DNA from: a virus
Taxonomy: Duplodnaviria; Caudoviricetes
DNA length: 38,391 bases
Virus record (IMG/VR): IMGVR_UViG_3300031732_000074
Span: 1-38,391 of that record
Reading direction: 5' to 3' (one strand)
Numbering within the stretch: position 1 is the first letter of the stretch; every line of letters starts with the position of its first letter. This document shows, piece after piece, positions 34,956-38,391 of the stretch. The notes under the pieces were generated by a model. The model saw only the letters and a list, made by a program, of their open reading frames with translations. It searched no databases and had not been told where the DNA came from. A program made the translations under genes and the position numbers.

Positions 34956-36170
34956 TTAGGCGAGGTTTTCGACGCGGGCGAGGTGGTTGATACCCTCTCC
35001 GACGAGGACCCCGTAGGAGTCCACGGCGAACGTCTCCGAGGGGCCGGTCTTCGCCAGCGGGTGCATGGTCGCGTCCTGTAGCATGCCCATGTACCACCCG
35101 GAGGCGTCGAGACTCCACAGGTCCCGCGACCCCGAGGTGTTGTTCACGCCGTGGGACTTCATGACCGGCGTCCCGCCCACGTCGAGGGCGCGGAAGCCGA
35201 ACCCGAGGGTTTCGCCCGGCGACTCGTAGCGGGTGTAGTCCGTGAGTTCCTTCTGGAGGTCGGTGAAGTTCTTGTGCGTCGTGACGTGAACGATGTTGTC
35301 CATGTCCGCCCCGGCGCGTTCGAGGGTCTGGTTCTGTTCGTACACGTCGTCCACCGACAGGGCACTCCCGGCCGCCGACGTGGTGTTCCCCGCCGTCACG
35401 AGGTCCGAGAACCCGCGGAAGCCGTTCACGTCGTTGTTGGTCCCCTGAATTATCTGCCGTTCCTCGTACTGTCGAACGGCGCGCATCATGGCCTCCTCCG
35501 TCACCGACCGGGTGGAACGCAGGGACCCGGCCGCCAACTGAACGAAGTCCGTCACCTCGGACTCGCGCCCGTAGGAAACCACGTCGTAGGAGTAGTTCGA
35601 GTAGGTGTCGTCCGCCGTCGGGTAGGACCCGCCCTCCGCGAACTGTGAGACGGCCCCTACGTCCGTCTGTTCGTCCACGTCGATAGTGTCTTCCTGAACG
35701 GCCTCCCGCGCCAGCATGTCCGATAGCGGCAGGTTCTCGCCCGAACTGATGTAGACCTCGGGCGAGACGAACAGCGGCATGGAGTAGTTCGACCTGTCCA
35801 TCGCCTTTGCGACTTCTTTCGCCGCCTCCCGAAGTTCCGCGCCCTTCCGCTGTTCCTCGTTGAACAGGCGGTAGGCATTCTTCCACACGTCCTCGAACAT
35901 CTTCGAGGGGTAGTGGGTCGGGCTAACCGCGCCCTTCGACAGGTCCTCGGACACGTCCGACGAGGGGCCGTTCGTTCGGAACCCCATCGGGTCGTGGTAG
36001 AGGACGCTATCACCGGGAAGGCCGACCTCTTTCTGCACCTCCTCGAACAGTTTGTCGAAGCCCGCCGCGGACATGGCATGCTGTTTTTCCTTCTTGCCGA
36101 TACTCCCGCCCGCACTCTTGACCGTCGTGGACGGGTACTTACTCCCGCCGCCGTTTGCTTTCGTGGACAT
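34956..36170 (-). CDS. major capsid protein (HK97 fold likely)
   Basis: 404 aa, follows the protease gene; PLFVSPEV, FAEGG, EERQIIQG...GFRG, GTPVMKS motifs. Confidence 0.85.
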   Translation of the reverse strand: MSTKANGGGSKYPSTTVKSAGGSIGKKEKQHAMSAAGFDKLFEEVQKEVGLPGDSVLYHDPMGFRTNGPSSDVSEDLSKGAVSPTHYPSKMFEDVWKNAYRLFNEEQRKGAELREAAKEVAKAMDRSNYSMPLFVSPEVYISSGENLPLSDMLAREAVQEDTIDVDEQTDVGAVSQFAEGGSYPTADDTYSNYSYDVVSYGRESEVTDFVQLAAGSLRSTRSVTEEAMMRAVRQYEERQIIQGTNNDVNGFRGFSDLVTAGNTTSAAGSALSVDDVYEQNQTLERAGADMDNIVHVTTHKNFTDLQKELTDYTRYESPGETLGFGFRALDVGGTPVMKSHGVNNTSGSRDLWSLDASGWYMGMLQDATMHPLAKTGPSETFAVDSYGVLVGEGINHLARVENLA

Positions 36171-36171
36171 G

Positions 36172-37806
36172 TTACGCCTCCTCCCCGGCGACTACGCCGG
36201 AGTAGTCGAGTTCGAGGTCCTGTTCGTCGTCGCCGTCGTGGTCGGGGTCGGGGAACTTCTCGCCCTTACGGACGACCTCCGACAGGTCGCCCTCCTCGTC
36301 CTCCGGGACCTCGAACGCGTCCCGAAGGGCCTTCTCAACGCCCTTCTCCGCGGCGTCCTGTGCGACCTCCTCGACCGTCTCCTCGTCGAGGGTGTCGTCG
36401 TCGTGGTCGGGGTCGTCGCCGCCCTCCTCTTTCTCGAACACTTCCTGTTCGAGGTCGTCCACGCGGTCGCGGACCGACTCGACGCCCTTCCGCGTCTCCT
36501 CGACGGACTCCTGCGTCGAGTTCATCTTTTCGAGAAGTTCGTCTAACTTCTCGTTCTGTTCCTCGGTTTCGTCGTCGGAGTTGTCGTCTCCCATAGTGTC
36601 TTTCTCGCGTTCGGGGTCGCTACCGCCGTCCGGGTCGCCGCCGTTCCCCGCCGTCCCGGACTCTTTCGAGGACTCCTGTTCGTCGTCGCCGTCCATGCCG
36701 TCGGACTCGGGTTCCTCGTCCTCGCCGTCGCTGGTTTCGGAGGAGTAGTAGTCCTCCGCCCATTCGACGAACGCAACGAGGCCCGCGTCGTCGGCGTCCT
36801 CCCCGGATTGGTCCTGATACTCGTCTACCGCGTCGTTCAGGTCCGCGGGGGAGAGTTCCTTGCCGACGACCGCGGAGAGGGCGGTCGCGCCCGCCTGTAG
36901 CGTCTCGTCGGACAGGTCCTCGTCGGTCCCGACGGAGGCGGCGACGGAGGACATGGCCTCCGCGTCCTCCTCGGGGACACAGTTGGGAACCTCGTTGCCG
37001 AACTCGTCGGTTTTGAAGCCGACCATGACGTAGCCGTCCCAACAGGGGTCGTCCTCGGGTTGTTTCTCAACCTGTTCGTCCTCGTTCTTGTTGGCTTGCA
37101 TATTCTGTAGAATGTCTTTCTGTTTCGGCGTTAGCAGTTCGCCGGGTTCGAGGGACGCCGCGCCCCCGTAGATGGAAAACCCCGAGAGTTCGCCGGACTC
37201 GACGCGCTTCCACGCCTCGTCCGTGAGTTCGACCCCCATAATCCACGTCCCTGCCGGATAGGTCCGTTCGCCGGACCCGTCGGGCATGTCGAACGCCGTC
37301 TCCTGTTTCAGAACGTAGGACTCTATGGGTTCGCCGGACCCGTCTACGAGGTCGTGGTCCTCGTCTACCTTCCGGTAGTGTTTCAGGTAGTTGTGTGCGG
37401 CCCGTTCTATCTCCGGTCGGGGAACGAGGTCCCCCTGTTTGTCCGTCTCGTCGGGGATAAGGACGGCCGCCCACACTTTCCGTTCCGGGTCCTCGGACTG
37501 TTTGTTCACGACGAACTCCCCGTCTCGTAACGAGGGTTCCGCCGGGTCGAACGCCTCGGGGTCCGCCGCCGCGGACTTAGCGACTAACCACTCGGAATCC
37601 TGTGCGGGTTCGTCCACAACCGACACATACTCGACCTCTAAGGAGGCGAGAACGTCGGTGGGGTTCTCGGACTGGATAGCCTCGAACCCGTTCTCCTGTA
37701 GCCACCCACACAGTTTCTCCGGGTCGTCTACGGAGTCCTCCTGTGTGAGAGTGCGGACGCACTCCTCGAACCCGCCGGGAAACGCGTCGTCAAAACTGTC
37801 CGGCAT
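36172..37806 (-). CDS. XkdF-like prohead serine protease fused to an acidic scaffold region
   Basis: VSVVDEPA, VLIPDETDKQGD, IERAAHNY, DEDH, IESY, GTWIMG, GELSGFSIYG; C-terminal coiled coil. Confidence 0.88.
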   Translation of the reverse strand: MPDSFDDAFPGGFEECVRTLTQEDSVDDPEKLCGWLQENGFEAIQSENPTDVLASLEVEYVSVVDEPAQDSEWLVAKSAAADPEAFDPAEPSLRDGEFVVNKQSEDPERKVWAAVLIPDETDKQGDLVPRPEIERAAHNYLKHYRKVDEDHDLVDGSGEPIESYVLKQETAFDMPDGSGERTYPAGTWIMGVELTDEAWKRVESGELSGFSIYGGAASLEPGELLTPKQKDILQNMQANKNEDEQVEKQPEDDPCWDGYVMVGFKTDEFGNEVPNCVPEEDAEAMSSVAASVGTDEDLSDETLQAGATALSAVVGKELSPADLNDAVDEYQDQSGEDADDAGLVAFVEWAEDYYSSETSDGEDEEPESDGMDGDDEQESSKESGTAGNGGDPDGGSDPEREKDTMGDDNSDDETEEQNEKLDELLEKMNSTQESVEETRKGVESVRDRVDDLEQEVFEKEEGGDDPDHDDDTLDEETVEEVAQDAAEKGVEKALRDAFEVPEDEEGDLSEVVRKGEKFPDPDHDGDDEQDLELDYSGVVAGEEA

Positions 37807-37842
37807 AGGGGGACTCCTACTACCCGTCTCGGTCCCCGTCGC

Positions 37843-37853
37843 CTTTTATATAA
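37843..37853 (-). promoter_or_regulatory. TATA box for the head operon
   Basis: TTATATAAAAG ~37 nt upstream of the protease ATG. Confidence 0.55.
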
Positions 37854-37934
37854 TCCGTGGCGGGTCGCCTATACGGTCGCTATACACTCGGGGACGCCCT
37901 GTGGGGAAGATAGGGACTATCATAGGTTAACCCC

Positions 37935-37982
37935 CGATACTTTTATTATGGGTGGGTCCGTAGGAGAGGTATGGCACAGAAC
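37935..37982 (+). promoter_or_regulatory. repeated promoter/start cassette
   Basis: CGATACT-TTTATTAT-N21-ATGGCACAGAAC. Confidence 0.8.
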
Positions 37983-38391
37983 AGCCACCCGCGCGACGAC
38001 GCCGCACAGGACCCGGAGAACTTCACCCGAGGACTCTACCGTGAGACGGACTACCACTACGCGGGCGGGCTTACCGACGGCCCCGTTCATGTGGACGTTC
38101 CCGGAGAGGTCGAGGCGGTCCCCGACGACCTACAGCGGGTCGCGGACCGTCACGGCTACACCCTTGTCGAGGACCACGGCTACGACGCCCGCGAGAACGC
38201 GACCCTGTTCGAGTTCCGCGTCGTCGAGACGGACGGCGGACAGGTCGAGGAGGAGAACGACGACCGGGACCTCCCGACGGCGTTCGGCCACGCCGGAGAG
38301 GAGGCGGGCCGTCCCGTGGACGCCCTCGACGTTCTGGAACCCGGCGACCGTATCCTGTGGGGCGACAGGTCCGAACCCGCGACCGTCGCCC
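37971..38391 (+). CDS. partial hypothetical protein with MAQN start (not in ORF track)
   Basis: Open acidic frame MAQNSHPRDDAAQDPENF...LEPGDRILWGDRSEP to the window end. Confidence 0.8.
   Translation, partial: MAQNSHPRDDAAQDPENFTRGLYRETDYHYAGGLTDGPVHVDVPGEVEAVPDDLQRVADRHGYTLVEDHGYDARENATLFEFRVVETDGGQVEEENDDRDLPTAFGHAGEEAGRPVDALDVLEPGDRILWGDRSEPATVA

Noticed and set aside
34675-35886. 403 aa ORF overlapping MCP in the -1 frame, suggesting an MCP-decoration fusion
   Set aside because: The overlapping part is Arg/Gly-rich shadow sequence; C GAA AAC near the MCP end is not a canonical slippery heptamer; the downstream gene has its own ATG at 34953

Overview
High-GC segment of a haloarchaeal tailed dsDNA virus or provirus, probably a siphovirus, judged from acidic proteins, archaeal PCNA/Hjc/TFB-like genes and the absence of a tail sheath gene. 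Nearly all genes are on the minus strand. From right to left: XkdF-like prohead protease/scaffold, major capsid protein, neck genes, tail tube, tail chaperone with a lambda-type GGGAAAG -1 frameshift, tape measure, Dit/hub, tail fibre, two paralogous virion proteins and a holin-like gene. Then come a ~560 bp palindrome-rich non-coding region, two plus-strand genes, a three-cyclin-repeat TFB-like gene, Hjc, PCNA, a Topo VI-A/Spo11-like (Mini-A) gene, many small Zn-finger ORFs, a ~560 nt promoter-led non-coding structured region, a putative small terminase and the large terminase. The main unexplained signals are: (1) a repeated promoter plus ATGGCACAGAAC (MAQN) start cassette on many unrelated genes, alongside the unusual viral TFB; (2) two candidate structured non-coding elements; (3) an A9 tract that puts an HTH regulator out of frame; (4) a tail-chaperone frameshift extension carrying a hydrophobic hairpin. 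All calls come from manual motif reading; no database searches were run.
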